A DNA stretch of 62,988 nucleotides, the filler included, from Octopus bimaculoides (taxonomy: Eukaryota), in assembly GCF_001194135.2 (NCBI RefSeq). It is 6 parts of 6 records of this genome, joined end to end, with 100 filler letters (N's around TTAATTAATTAA, not from the genome) between each part and the next. Parts side by side here need not be neighbours in the genome. Positions count along the whole stretch, not along the records: positions 6,539 to 13,532 come from NC_068985.1; positions 13,633 to 43,213 come from NC_068996.1; 4 more parts are not named here. One strand, 5' to 3'. Below, piece after piece: positions 11,530 to 24,985 of the stretch (its first letter is position 1; every line of letters starts with the position of its first letter). Below the pieces are notes generated by a model, which did not search any database, was not told the origin of the DNA, and worked only from the letters and a program-made list of their open reading frames with translations. The translations under genes were made by a program, and so were the position numbers.

Positions 11530-12168
11530 TATATCCATGTATGTATATATATTTGTGTGTGTATGTGTATATATACATACACACATAGACACACAGACAC
11601 ATACACATATATTTATGTATATGTGTATATATATACACACACAAACATGTCTACATACATGGTGTATATGTAGATGAAGTGTGTAGTGTAGCTATCCACG
11701 TGTGAAACGAGGGTGGAGTGGTGAGAACTTGATTGCTATCTTTCAAAACTTTTTTATTTGTCGCTCAAAGTACTGCATATATTTTTCCTTCATAATTTAA
11801 TTTTAATCCATGCATACTCGGACACACACGTGTGCGTGTGCGTGTATGCATATATGCTTACATGTATGTACATATATGTGTGTGTGTGTGTGTGTGTGTG
11901 TTGTGTATAATATATGTATAGCTATACATACATACATACATATATATATATATGTATATATACACATATATATATGTATATATATGTTTGTCTATACACA
12001 CATATATATATGTATATATATACATATATATATGTAAAGATATGAATATATATATACACACACACACATATATATTTATATATATATATACATACATACA
12101 CACACATATATATGTACACATATATGTACATATATTAATTCACAAGTTTATGTATGCACGTTTATATA
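9170..12168. repeat. Compound microsatellite fields (CA, TA, TATG, CTGT/CTAT) with gaps
   Basis: Directly visible. They produce the spurious YI/HT/CV-repeat ORFs in the track. Confidence 0.95.
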
Positions 12169-13303
12169 NNNNNNNNNNNNNNNNNNNNNNNNNNNNNNNN
12201 NNNNNNNNNNNNNNNNNNNNNNNNNNNNNNNNNNNNNNNNNNNNNNNNNNNNNNNNNNNNNNNNNNNNNNNNNNNNNNNNNNNNNNNNNNNNNNNNNNNN
12301 NNNNNNNNNNNNNNNNNNNNNNNNNNNNNNNNNNNNNNNNNNNNNNNNNNNNNNNNNNNNNNNNNNNNNNNNNNNNNNNNNNNNNNNNNNNNNNNNNNNN
12401 NNNNNNNNNNNNNNNNNNNNNNNNNNNNNNNNNNNNNNNNNNNNNNNNNNNNNNNNNNNNNNNNNNNNNNNNNNNNNNNNNNNNNNNNNNNNNNNNNNNN
12501 NNNNNNNNNNNNNNNNNNNNNNNNNNNNNNNNNNNNNNNNNNNNNNNNNNNNNNNNNNNNNNNNNNNNNNNNNNNNNNNNNNNNNNNNNNNNNNNNNNNN
12601 NNNNNNNNNNNNNNNNNNNNNNNNNNNNNNNNNNNNNNNNNNNNNNNNNNNNNNNNNNNNNNNNNNNNNNNNNNNNNNNNNNNNNNNNNNNNNNNNNNNN
12701 NNNNNNNNNNNNNNNNNNNNNNNNNNNNNNNNNNNNNNNNNNNNNNNNNNNNNNNNNNNNNNNNNNNNNNNNNNNNNNNNNNNNNNNNNNNNNNNNNNNN
12801 NNNNNNNNNNNNNNNNNNNNNNNNNNNNNNNNNNNNNNNNNNNNNNNNNNNNNNNNNNNNNNNNNNNNNNNNNNNNNNNNNNNNNNNNNNNNNNNNNNNN
12901 NNNNNNNNNNNNNNNNNNNNNNNNNNNNNNNNNNNNNNNNNNNNNNNNNNNNNNNNNNNNNNNNNNNNNNNNNNNNNNNNNNNNNNNNNNNNNNNNNNNN
13001 NNNNNNNNNNNNNNNNNNNNNNNNNNNNNNNNNNNAGGTAGGTTACAAGGGAGGTCAGTCTGTATAAAATTTGGAGAGTAACATTTTGCATACACCAGCA
13101 CTTCCCCTCACGCTCTCACTCACTCACTCCCTCTCTCTTTCTGTCTGTCTCTCTCTCTATATATATGTCTATCTGTCTATCTCTTTACCGATGTGACTTC
13201 TTCTCGTTCTCTCTTTCTCTTTCTGTCTCTTATAGTCTCATTATGTCTCTTTCACTGAGTCTTTCTTTCATTCTAACTCTTGTTTTCTCTCGTTCTCTCT
13301 CTT

Positions 13304-13340
<37 letters not shown>

Positions 13341-13632
13341 TATACACACACACGCATGCACACATATATATATACACATACACACGCACTGACACACATG
13401 TTTATAGAAGGTGCTCCAGCGTGACCTTATCTGTGATCTAAAGAACATTCACATAAACAAAAGCGCACGCATATACATCCACGTATGTGTGCATGTGTAT
13501 ACATGCTTATATATATATATATATATATATATNNNNNNNNNNNNNNNNNNNNNNNNNNNNNNNNNNNNNNNNNNNNTTAATTAATTAANNNNNNNNNNNN
13601 NNNNNNNNNNNNNNNNNNNNNNNNNNNNNNNN

Positions 13633-13975
13633 TACAACATCACTATTCTCTCTCCTACACTGTCTTGCAACACGAAATACCTCGAGTCTTTGGTCCTCAC
13701 GGCGCAGAACATTGGCAAATCTTTCCTTATCTACTTCCCCTCTGGCTAAATAAACCTGTCGCCTAGCCTCCCTTCTGGCACATTGGTACAATTCCCTGCT
13801 ACCACCGTTCTTCCAGTCCTTCCAAGCCTGTTTCTTTTGTCTAATAGCCCTGTCTACCTCCTTGTTCCACCACCACATTACTCTGGGTCGGGAGGGGACC
13901 TTACACCACCCACAAATCTGGTCGGTGGCTTTCAACAGGTTGTCCCGCAGAAATCTCCAATTGTCTTCCACGTTG
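13633..13975 (-). mobile_element. RTE-clade LINE fragment (region between endonuclease and RT)
   Basis: ORF 13585-13971: EDNWRFLRDNLLKATDQICGWCK..WWWNKEVDRAIRQKKQAWKDWK..LYQCARREARRQV..VFRVARQ. The WWWN.EV..A...KK.A.K.W motif is typical of RTE/BovB. Confidence 0.85.
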
Positions 13976-15503
13976 TATAATTCAAATAAATGTGAATGAA
14001 TGTATATTGCATTTGATAGAGTAAACTGAATGTTAAAAGGTTAAATAAAGTGCTAATCAAGTGCGGTGGGTGAATTTGATATCCTTTTCACATCAAAATA
14101 CTACCTAATAAACATAGTGAATTAGTATCTTAGTGTTTCATAAGCCTACACGATCTTTCATTGGTATTGTTTTTACTTTGATTTGTTCATTTAGTGTCAT
14201 ATTGATATTTAAAAGCTGTTTCAAATTTTGGCCCCGGGCCAGCAGCTTATGAGGGGAGGAGGAAGTCAATCACATCAGCCCCATTATTCAACTGACATTT
14301 GTCTTATCATCCCCGAAAGAATGAAGGGCAAAGTCAACCTTGTCAGAATTTGAACTCAGTATGTAAAGATAAAGATGGACAAAATGCCACTGCCAGCTTG
14401 CTGCCATCCTTGTATATTGATATTTAATAATGAATAAGTAGTAAAAATGAGACATGGGCAATGATAGCTTCCTAGTACAATATCAGACCTCTTGCTTCCA
14501 GATATCTAGAGTCTGTAGAAACCCAGGAATGCTATGAAATGGTATACTATGTACTGTACCCTGTATTGTGTACAGACAATTTTTGAAGTTGTTTAATTAG
14601 CATTTGGTAAGTTAGAAATAGTTTTGTTCTTTACTTTTTAAACTGGATTGATAGAGATTAAACATACTCTGCTTTAGAAGTGTATTATTTTGTACATGTA
14701 TTTGTTAAATAAAATCCTGTTCTTTTGTTTAATTTTCATCCTAAAAACATTATACAGTATACATGGTGCAGTAAGATATATTGAAGTGGATTAATAAATA
14801 TCAAATAGTTCCTGCTTTAGAATTGTATTAATTACAATTTTCATAGTTTATCTTGTATTTTAAGTATCTATTTAATCTGTCATCAGAAAAACTGGAAAAT
14901 CCAGAAATCTGGGACACTTCCAATCCCAAGTATGATGGATATTTGATCTGGTACTTTTTTTTTTTTGTTTTTTTGAGAAGTAGTTAGAAAAACAGTCAAA
15001 GAAAATAACTATTATTAATTGAAAAGGTGAGAAAATGAATCATAGTTTGATTAGATTGAGCTGAAATTAGTTTGTGGTGATATTGTGTCCTGAGCTAATA
15101 TATAAAGTATTGGAATCTCAGGAGACTAGTTAGTAGTGGTCAACAGGGCCAAAATAAGATGAAGTGCTAAATGTGGAAATGGTGCTCTGCCTGAAATGTT
15201 AAATTTCTCTTCTCCTGGCTCCACTAACATTATGGAATTATGGCTCTTTCTTGGTCTTACAAAGATCATCTGCTGATGTTTTGTAATGTTACAATCTTCA
15301 TTCAGGTAAAATATTTGATGTAGAATTTAGCATAATGTCTTTGAATACAATTTTCTATGGGTTTCACGTGCTTTATGTCTAGGGTCACTTAGCCAGTCTG
15401 AAACTTTCTTGCAATCTGTATTTCTGATTGCACACATATATCAGTATGCACACACAGTGTGTATGTATGTGTGTACATATGAAATGTAAGCAATTGAATG
15501 CAC

Positions 15504-15580
<77 letters not shown>

Positions 15581-16085
15581 NNNNNNNNNNNNNNNNNNNN
15601 NNNNNNNNNNNNNNNNNNNNNNNNNNNNNNNNNNNNNNNNNNNNNNNNNNNNNNNNNNNNNNNNNNNNNNNNNNNNNNNNNNNNNNNNNNNNNNNNNNNN
15701 NNNNNNNNNNNNNNNNNNNNNNNNNNNNNNNNNNNNNNNNNNNNNNNNNNNNNNNNNNNNNNNNNNNNNNNNNNNNNNNNNNNNNNNNNNNNNNNNNNNN
15801 NNNNNNNNNNNNNNNNNNNNNNNNNNNNNNNNNNNNNNNNNNNNNNNNNNNNNNNNNNNNNNNNNNNNNNNNNNNNNNNNNNNNNNNNNNNNNNNNNNNN
15901 NNNNNNNNNNNNNNNNNNNNNNNNNNNNNNNNNNNNNNNNNNNNNNNNNNNNNNNNNNNNNNNNNNNNNNNNNNNNNNNNNNNNNNNNNNNNNAAAGCAC
16001 AGAACTAACATGAATATCCTAAGGCATTCAATTTGCTGACCTTAGCAACTCTGCCAGTTTGTCTTCTCTTCTATCATTGTTTACT

Positions 16086-16170
<85 letters not shown>

Positions 16171-18472
16171 TAACCCAGACAAGTTTAACTAGAGCAGTAT
16201 CCTATTGCCTTCTCCATGGGCACATGGAGACTAAGACTTTTAATGAAGGAACATGTTGAAATGTTCTTGCTTCTTCCTCAAGCATAAAGGGAGTAAAAAA
16301 TAAAAGTAAGGAATCAAAATAAGTTTGTTTGTTTCCCTTATGTGTAGAAGACTGATCTGAAGAACTGTCTGTCATTGGCATTGTATTTTATGCATGTCCA
16401 AGACATACGATTCTCAGTGACTGAGTCTACATAATTTAAGATAGGTACCTTTTGTTGTCTAGTTTACCATTATAAACAGTGTTAGCATTGGAATTCATTG
16501 GCTGACATCATTTCCTCTCATAAAAGAACTTACCTGTCATAGACCAGTATCCTTGTATCTAAGGTATCTTTCATCTGCTTAACATTACAGAAACCCAGAT
16601 TTGAATAGCAGCAGGCCCTTTGTTTCCTTTAAATTTGGAAACAGATTAAGGCAACTGTGTGCCTTTTCTTTTTATCTGCAGTACCTGTGTACCTATCATT
16701 AGTAATTTTAAGTGAAAATTGTATTTAATTAGCACAACTCCTTCAATGATCACATTGAAATATTCAATGCACCAATGTGTGTGTGTGTGTGTTTTGGGTT
16801 GGGGAGTGGGAGGTTATTGTGAAAGAGGGGAGTGTGTATTCCTTGTGATTCATATATATCTATGTTGTTGAATGACTAGGAAGTAGGGGAGCCCATAACT
16901 GTCAAATTTCTACTGTTGATTGAATTTGTCAGTAGTTGATAGTAAACTGCTGTTGGCCACGTGGATGACTCATAGGTAAGCAGACAGATGGTTTTGCACA
17001 CACCTCCACCCACTATATTTGTCTGTGTGTGTGTATGTATATAAGTGTGTGTGTGTGTATTGCATTTGCACATGCATTCATATGTGCAGTGTAGGGAGCA
17101 GTAAGAATTACTGGGTGCTTGTCTTCAAGATTTATCAGATTAATAGCATGGTTGCTGGTGCATGTGAAAAGCCTGATTCCTGGCTTGGATTCTGATTGGC
17201 CAAAGTTGTGTTATTTCTAGCATTGTATATAATGGAAATCTATTTAGATGACAGCATTAACATTACCTTAGTTAATTCATTTTTCTATTTTTCTCATTAA
17301 TCTCTTTCACATTGCCTCATTGGATTAATTTGAATAATTTAACAACAGTGACGTGGACAAGGTAATCTGTCAAGATGAAAACCGTACTGTTGTTTAATAA
17401 ACAGGAGTTTGATGACTGGATGATATTTGCCGTTTCCAAAATTTTAAAAGTGCTAAGATAAGTTGAAATGGAACAGTAATTTGTAAAGTCTGAAGTTTAT
17501 TATTTATTATTATTTTCTTTTAGCATAGAAGCAAACATTAATAAGTTAGTTCTTTTTTGAGTAACTGCAAGCAGTGACAACCCGATTAATTTACAAAGCA
17601 GAAAGTTAGGAATAATATTCGTCAGATTACATTGGATATTCTCACTGGATTTTATGCCCAATAAAAGTTGGTTTTGAATTATTATATGTTATACATGAGG
17701 TAATTTAAACACAGAATTCAGTCTAAATATTTTCTGCTGCACCTGCTTAGACATCATTAAGAGTGGGTGGGAACTTATTATAATGGGGACTAATATAGAT
17801 AATTCTAATTCAGCAAGCCCCAAAGAAAGATACTGTACCCCCCATTCCACTAGATCTGCCGACCTTTCCTTTACCACTGTTATCCTTGTATCTTAAATCC
17901 TTCTACACCCTTCACATATTAGATTTAATCTTTGGAGATCTGTTATATCTTACTATCAGCATCATCATCATCAGCATCAACATCATCATCATCATCATCA
18001 TCATCATCATTTAACATCTACTTTCCATGCTGGCATGGGTTGAACAGTTTGACAGGAGCTGGTTAGGCACAAGACTGCACCAGGCTTTGATATCTATTTT
18101 GGCATAGATTTTACAGCTGGATGCCCTTCCTAATACCAACCTCTTTACAGAGTAGACTGTATGTGCTCTAAAATTGAAACAAACATTTAGTTTAGAATAA
18201 AATAGATTTTTTTTTCCTTTAGCTAAAATGGAGTCGGTAATGATGGGAGAACTCTGACTGATGCTGCAGCATGGTCATGTTCTACTTGGTGGAATGCATA
18301 AAAGATTAACTCTTTAAAGTGTTGGCATGGTTTTGTAGCGAGAAGCTTGCTCCCAACAATGTGGCCTTGAGTTCAGTTACACTGTACAGAACTTTGGGCA
18401 AATGTCTTCTTTAGCCCCAGACCAACCAAAGCTTTGTCAGTGGATTGGGTGGACAGAAGCTAAAAGTAACCC

Positions 18473-18520
<48 letters not shown>

Positions 18521-19149
18521 GGTGCATGGCTTAGTGGTTAGGGATTTGGTTCATGGTCATAAGGTTGAGAGTTTGATTCCTGGCAGTCTGTTGTGTCCTT
18601 GAGCAAGACACTTTTTTCTTCACATTGCTCCAATCCACTCTGCTAACAAACATGAGTTGTACCTGTAATTTGAAGGTCCACCCTTGTTACATTCTGTGTT
18701 ATGCTGAACCTCCCTGAGAATTATGTTAAAGGTACGCTTGTCTGTGGTGTGCTCAGCCACTTACATGTTCTCTTGACTAGAATGACTGGAACCCTTGTCA
18801 TTATAACTGACTGAGAACTTGTGTGTGTGTGTCCTTGTCAAGACATTATGTGATAGCTGTAAATAAGCATTTATGCCATACAAGTTAGGTTGTTAGCTTC
18901 CAATGTTCTGTGAAAACATGTCTGGCCACAAGGAAGTATTACCTTTGCTTGGAAACAAGTAATGGTTGGCAACTGGAAAGGTATATGACTGTAGAAAACT
19001 CTACTTCAGCAAATTCCACCTGACCCATGGCAAGCATGGAAAAGGGACATTAAAACGATGATGATGAATGAGTAGGTAAATGTTCATAATATCTCATTAA
19101 CCACATAAACATTACCTTGACTTATAAACTGGAGAAATGTCATAAATTA

Positions 19150-20117
19150 CGAGGTGGTATCAAAAGTTTCCTGGATTAGTTATGCTTAATAAAAAAATTA
19201 ACTTATTTACCTAAGTTTTAACATCATCTGCCCTTTGAAATAGTCATCTTGTGCAGCAATACACTGGCCCCAGCATTCCTGCCACTTTTGGAATCCAGTT
19301 TGGAAGTCGTTTTCTGTGAGTCGAGGATCTTCGACAACGATGTTAAAACAGCAATCTTTGAGCTGTATTTTCATCTTGGGAGAAGACATGGAAGTCTGCA
19401 GGTACTAAATCGATACCATGCGATACCATGTTGTTCTTTCATGAGAAACTCGTGAGTGAGGAGTGCATTGTCATCATAAAGGATCCAATTCTTTGTGTTC
19501 CACAGAACTGGTCGTTTTTGCTGAATGTCCTCCTTCAAATTCTTCAAAATATTGCAGTAGAATTCTCAATTGGTAGTCTGGCCCTGGAGGATGAATTCTC
19601 AATGTATAATACCACATTTTCGGAGGTGATGCTTGTGGCAGGTCTTCCAGAGATGTTCTTCTGTTTTTGAAGTGCCTGGGTCACTCAAAACACTGCATAC
19701 AACTCATTGCCTCATTGCCATAAGCTTGCTGAAGCAGACTCAATGTCTCAAATGCTCAATGTCTCAAATGTTCAATGTCTCAAATGCTCAATTGCTCAAT
19801 GTCTCAAATGATCAATTGCTCAATGTCTCAAATGCTCAATGTCTCAAATGCTCAATTGCTCAATGTCTTAAATGCTCAATGTCTCAAATTTAATGCAAAA
19901 TTTCACGGCTCTTCTTGTTCATGACAAAATCACAGACTACAGCATACATGTCATCACAAAAACACAAATTTCACAATTTGTGAAGTAAACACAGCAATGT
20001 CACCTGGTGCACTGCTTCATGAAGGTCACTGCCAACTCTCACTGTGCATGCAACCATGTGCTGCCATCTGTTGGCCTGCTAACAGAACTTGTCTCAGAGC
20101 TTTTTGATACCACCTCA
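19150..20117 (-). mobile_element. Internally deleted mariner (Tc1/mariner) transposon
   Basis: TIRs cgaggtggtatcaaaag / ctttttgataccacctca, each flanked by TA. Minus strand encodes N-terminal remnants (KFCIK..LLQQAYGNEAMSCMQCFE..FK.RRTSLED) and C-terminal remnants (FQTGFQKWQECWGQCIAAQDDYF). Confidence 0.85.
19735..19890. repeat. Minisatellite of CTCAATGTCTCAAATG (16 bp) interleaved with CTCAATTG (8 bp), inside the mariner
   Basis: About nine 16-mer units read directly from the sequence. Confidence 0.9.
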
Positions 20118-21749
20118 TATATAGATAAGCACTGATTTTTATAAACTATAAAATGACCCATGTTCATTCTTGCCCCTTCCCCACCACACACTCACACATA
20201 TTCCTTTCTTTTGAAGTTTCCAATATAATCTTTCAATTAAACCTCAATTAAATCCATTTTGTGTGCTTGCCCTTTACTTTTTTTTTTTAAATTAGACTCC
20301 CCTTCTTAGAACATCATTTAACATACGAGTTGTGTGTGTGCGTATGTGGTAGTGGTTGCAATTACAGTTTCTTCTTCCTGACCAAACAAATAGTNNNNNN
20401 NNNNNNNNNNNNNNNNNNNNNNNNNNNNNNNNNNNNNNNNNNNNNNNNNNNNNNNNNNNNNNNNNNNNNNNNNNNNNNNGGTGGGGTGAGAATGTGTTAA
20501 TGGGGGCTGATTATTAAAAATATTATTTTAGATCAAGTTAAGAGATGTACTACTTCTCTCAAAATTCTAAACGAATTTGATTAATATTGGTGGTGCTGAT
20601 TGCTGGTGGTGTGGAGAGAATGGTTAGTAGTGTTATGAAGTGGAAGCATAATTACTAATGCTTCATGAGTTTACATTTTGTAGACTAGCACACTCATGTT
20701 TTTTTGTTTTTTTAAGTATACTATATTTTGTCTTTAAGCAATATAATCCTTCCTACTTTAGGCACAAGACTTGATTTTGGGGGAGGGGAGGGGCTACTTG
20801 ATTTCAATGACCCCCAATACTCAACTGGTACTTATTTCATCAACTCCGAAAGGATGAAAGGCCAAGTCAACCCTGGCGGAATTTGGAGTCAAAAAGTATG
20901 CTTTTATTAAAGCTGAAAAAAACCCTCACAGACCGTTACTCATAGTTTCATGTGACCATTTATCGAACAGTTGCCACCACAACTGTCCAGTGAACGGTAG
21001 CCTGAAACTCTGAGTAACAGTCTTGTGAAGATTTTGCAGCTTTAATAAAAGCATATTACTCCACCTTTTGTATTCGAGTACTATTTTCCCCCACTTTATT
21101 TTGCAGTTATGTACTTACTTGTGTGTGTGTTTTTACATGTGAATATATGTGGAAATTTGTTCAATACTGCATTTAAATGCCTCCATGCAGCTCAGCCAAC
21201 ATGGAAAAATGCATGTGTGTGTGTGTGTATTCATCTATTTTGTTCTCATGTTAGTGTCTTATTATTCATTGGATATGTTAATTACACAGAAAATGTTGTT
21301 TGGTTGAATTTGAGCTAGAATTTTTTTTTTTTTTGCATATGTCCAGCACTGTTAATTATGCGCTAAAATCTTCTGACGTCATCATACTTCAAATATTCTG
21401 AGAATATACTAATTTAATTGTATATTAGAAACACAAAAGGTTATTTTAACAATGTTGAAAAATCTGAATAATGTTGAAGAAATCAATAATAACAGTACAT
21501 AAAGTAGAGCGCCAAGCACCAACTGTACATTGCTTAAAGAGAATTACATACAAGAGCATGATAATCCTTTAGGGAAAAAGAACTAGAATAGTTTCAGCAA
21601 CACCCAGTTTTGTTTTCCAGAATAAATTGCCTGATACAATTTCTACAACATACAGCCATGTCCCAGAAAAGATATTTTGGAAGTTAAGAGTTGACTGTGC
21701 GTATCTTGATTATACCAAAGTTGATCATGATATTTTATGCCACAGAGAT

Positions 21750-22150
21750 GGCACAGGAGTGGATGTGTGGTAAGTAGCTTGCTTACCAACCACATGGTTC
21801 CAGGTTCAGTCCCACTGTGTAGCACCTTGGGCAAGTGCCTTCTACTATAGGCTTGGACTGACCAAAGCCTTGAGTGGATTTGATAGACGGAAACTGAAAG
21901 AAGCCTGTCGTATATATATGTGTGTGTGTGTATCTGTGTTTGTCCCCCCCACCATCGCTTGACAACCGATGCCGGTATGTTTACATCCCCGTAACTTAGC
22001 GGTTCAGCAAAAGAGACCGATTAGAATAAGTACTAGGCTTCCAAAGAATAAGTCCTGGGGTCAGTTTGTGCAACTAAAGGTGGTGCTCCAGCATGGCCGC
22101 AATCAAATGACTGAAACAAATATAAGAATAAAGGAATAAAAGAATAATAA
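21750..22150 (+). mobile_element. tRNA-like-headed SINE, family A (copies: 18322-18477+, 28520-28845-, 32680-33262+, 42885-43213-, 43470-43840+, 46314-46498+, 46501-46898-, 48095-48885-, 49460-49875+, 51948-52095-, 52882-53745+, 55685-56090-)
   Basis: Shared head gtggctgtgtggtaagtagcttgcttaccaaccacatggttc..ggttcagtcccactg, internal (TA/TG) microsatellite, and tail ggtgctccagcatggccgcagtcaaatgactgaaacaag. Confidence 0.88.
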
Positions 22151-22269
22151 AGCAAGAATGCTGGGTACTTGACTGTTTGGGCTTCTTCAAAACTGAAGTT
22201 AAATGACAGCTGCCAAAGGCAACTAAAATGCCTGTTTGTTTTTAGTGGAGTACCACAAGTACCGTTCTT

Positions 22270-22860
22270 AGAACCAACAAGCCAAGTGAGACCATAACCC
22301 GTGGCCTATGTTAAGGGTGTAACAAGCCCACTTATGTGTACCTTTCCTTCATTGGACACTAAACTCTGCTTGTGAAGACCTGTTGAGGCAAGTGAAATCG
22401 AAATTAAATTTGATGACTGGCATCTGTGCCAGTGGAGCGCTAAGAGCACCATCCGAGCGTGATCGTTGCCAGAGCAGCTAACTGGCTTCTGTGCCGCTGG
22501 CACGTAAAAAGCACTATTTGAGCGTGATCGTTACCAGCATCACCCCCATCGGCACGTGAAAAAATATTTGAGCGAGGTCGTTACCAGTGCCGCTGGACTG
22601 ACTCGTGTGCAGGTGGCACATAAAAACACTATTTGAGCATGGCCGTTGCCAGTACTGCCTGACTGGCCCTCATGCCAGTGGCATGTAAAAGCACCCACTA
22701 CACTTTCAGAGTGGTTGGCATTAGGAAGGGTATCCAGCTGTAGAAACTCTGCCAGATCAGATTGGAGCCTGGTGCAGCCTTCTGGCTCATCAAGTCCTCA
22801 GTGAAATCGTCCAACCCATGCCAGCATGGAAAGCAGACGTTAAACGACGATGATGATGTA
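22270..22860 (+). mobile_element. RTE LINE 3' end/3' UTR with ~66-nt tandem array and (GAT)n tail (copies: 17960-18155-, 28140-28295-, 31085-31225-, 33497-33640+, 38533-38762-, 47170-47730+, 50275-50810-, 54135-54420+, 57110-57640+)
   Basis: The same sequence directly follows the RTE ORF stop at 51283. All copies end ..ccaacccatgc(c/t)agcatggaaagcggacgttaaacgatgatg. Confidence 0.88.
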
Positions 22861-23017
22861 TGTGTATGAAAAAGAAACCTGAACAGACAGAATGTAATGT
22901 ATGCATTAGTATGTTTGTATGTATTTGTATGTTGGTTTTGTGTACATGTATATGTATTTGCGTATGTGTATATTGTTACTGTATAGCAAGAGATGATGTA
23001 AATTACAGTGTGTATGA

Positions 23018-23055
<38 letters not shown>

Positions 23056-23851
23056 NNNNNNNNNNNNNNNNNNNNNNNNNNNNNNNNNNNNNNNNNNNNN
23101 NNNNNNNNNNNNNNNNNNNNNNNNNNNNNNNNNNNNNNNNNNNNNNNNNNNNNNNNNNNNNNNNNNNNNNNNNNNNNNNNNNNNNNNNNNNNNNNNNNNN
23201 NNNNNNNNNNNNNNNNNNNNNNNNNNNNNNNNNNNNNNNNNNNNNNNNNNNNNNNNNNNNNNNNNNNNNNNNNNNNNNNNNNNNNNNNNNNNNNNNNNNN
23301 NNNNNNNNNNNNNNNNNNNNNNNNNNNNNNNNNNNNNNNNNNNNNNNNNNNNNNNNNNNNNNNNNNNNNNNNNNNNNNNNNNNNNNNNNNNNNNNNNNNN
23401 NNNNNNNNNNNNNNNNNNNNNNNNNNNNNNNNNNNNNNNNNNNNNNNNNNNNNNNNNNNNNNNNNNNNNNNNNNNNNNNNNNNNNNNNNNNNNNNNNNNN
23501 NNNNNNNNNNNNNNNNNNNNNNNNNNNNNNNNNNNNNNNNNNNNNNNNNNNNNNNNNNNNNNNNNNNNNNNNNNNNNNNNNNNNNNNNNNNNNNNNNNNN
23601 NNNNNNNNNNNNNNNNNNNNNNNNNNNNNNNNNNNNNNNNNNNNNNNNNNNNNNNNNNNNNNNNNNNNNNNNNNNNNNNNNNNNNNNNNNNNNNNNNNNN
23701 NNNNNNNNNNNNNNNNNNNNNNNNNNNNNNNNNNNNNNNNNNNNNNNNNNNNNNNNNNNNNNNNNNNNNNNNNNNNNNNNNNNNNNNNNNNNNNNNNNNN
23801 NNNNNNNNNNNNNNNNNNNNNNNNNNNNNNNNNNNNNNNNNNNNNNNNNNN

Positions 23852-23882
<31 letters not shown>

Positions 23883-24469
23883 CATGTTTGTTAAGGGAAG
23901 GGTTTCTAAATTAACAAAAATGAATTGCTTCTGCAATTCCAGGTCTGTTTTTGTGCTTTATTCCTGTAGGATTACATTGTTATTAACAAATGTCTTTCTC
24001 CCTAATTTACTTTCATGTATATTTATAGAGTATATATTTACACTGGTGTTATTTTATGTTTGTGGTTTACCAGATGAATGCTTTTATGAATTCATTTCAC
24101 AAGTGTGATTGAGTTGAAGTTCAGCTTCTAATTCTGGATTTACTGGTTATATTTCATTCTTTGAACTTTGTGACATTTATTAACAAACATGCAGATAAAA
24201 AGATACTGTCGAACATTAGTTGAACTGTATATTCTCCTGTAAAATAAATTTGTGTCTGTGTGTGTTTAGGAGATAACAGCTTAGATAAAGAAACAATATT
24301 TCTCTAAAAATCAGGCATATTTAGTTATAAAGATAGCAAAGAACTTTTATTTGGGGTTTTTATTTTATTTGTTCCATGTTAAAGTGGGATTCCTTTAGGT
24401 GTGAATGTTTTATTTTCGTAAGTCAGATGAGAAAGGTGCAGTACTCATGACCTTTACAAGTCCTGTCAG

Positions 24470-24985
24470 ATTAACAGGATTAATGTTGTTGATGTTCGTC
24501 TTCAATGTCTGCATATTGGTGTTTGTAGTAGGATAAATGGGAGCAGTTAGGGTGCTAAAGAGGGCTGCAGTTCTAGGGAGGAAGGGATGATTGGGAAAAG
24601 TATTTAGTGGTCGACAAGATAGTTGTGTGTTAAGTGGGAAGTTAGGTAGATAGAGTTATTGGAGTTAGATAGAGGGAATATGCTGCAATCTAGTTGAGAG
24701 AAGCAGAGACTATTAAAAGGGACAAAAAGAGGCATCCACTGAGTGGAACATTAGGATGAAAAATTATATAATTTGTGTAGGGACTTACACTGAAATGGTG
24801 AGGGGGAGGAAAGAAATGGGTTTAAAAGTATATGTAATATTTAAAATATATGAATACATGGATGGTACAGTCCTTCTGATACAGAAGAGTATCCTCCATC
24901 TTGGGCCAATCAAGGAGCCCAAGAAATCCAGGAGCACTATGATCACCAAGGACTTGAACCTTCACCCAACTGTTGTTTCTCCAAT
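24470..24985 (-). mobile_element. Decayed CR1/Jockey-like LINE, RT C-terminus
   Basis: Frameshifted remnants on the minus strand: SLI.PKME, ..SG.LFL, and FLPRTAALFSTL..YP..NMQTLKTNINNIN. Confidence 0.55.

Noticed and set aside
9285-13101. Numerous long YI/HT/CV-rich and X-filled ORFs (also at 15.4-16.0, 22.7-24.1, 26.1-26.8, 45.3-45.9 and 59.4-60.0 kb)
   Set aside because: They are translations of dinucleotide or trinucleotide microsatellites and N gaps.
15240-15305. MALSWSYKDHLLMFCNVTIFIQ|GT as the CEP170 first exon
   Set aside because: It lacks the invariant FHA Gly-Arg and is too short; the resemblance is superficial.
17689-17877. 62-aa minus-strand ORF (and an open plus frame) in unique sequence
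   Set aside because: No recognisable motif or convincing splice pair.
22420-22700. CRISPR-like array (regular repeats with variable inserts)
   Set aside because: It sits in a eukaryotic LINE 3' UTR, the variable parts are only 8-10-nt loops, and no cas genes are present.
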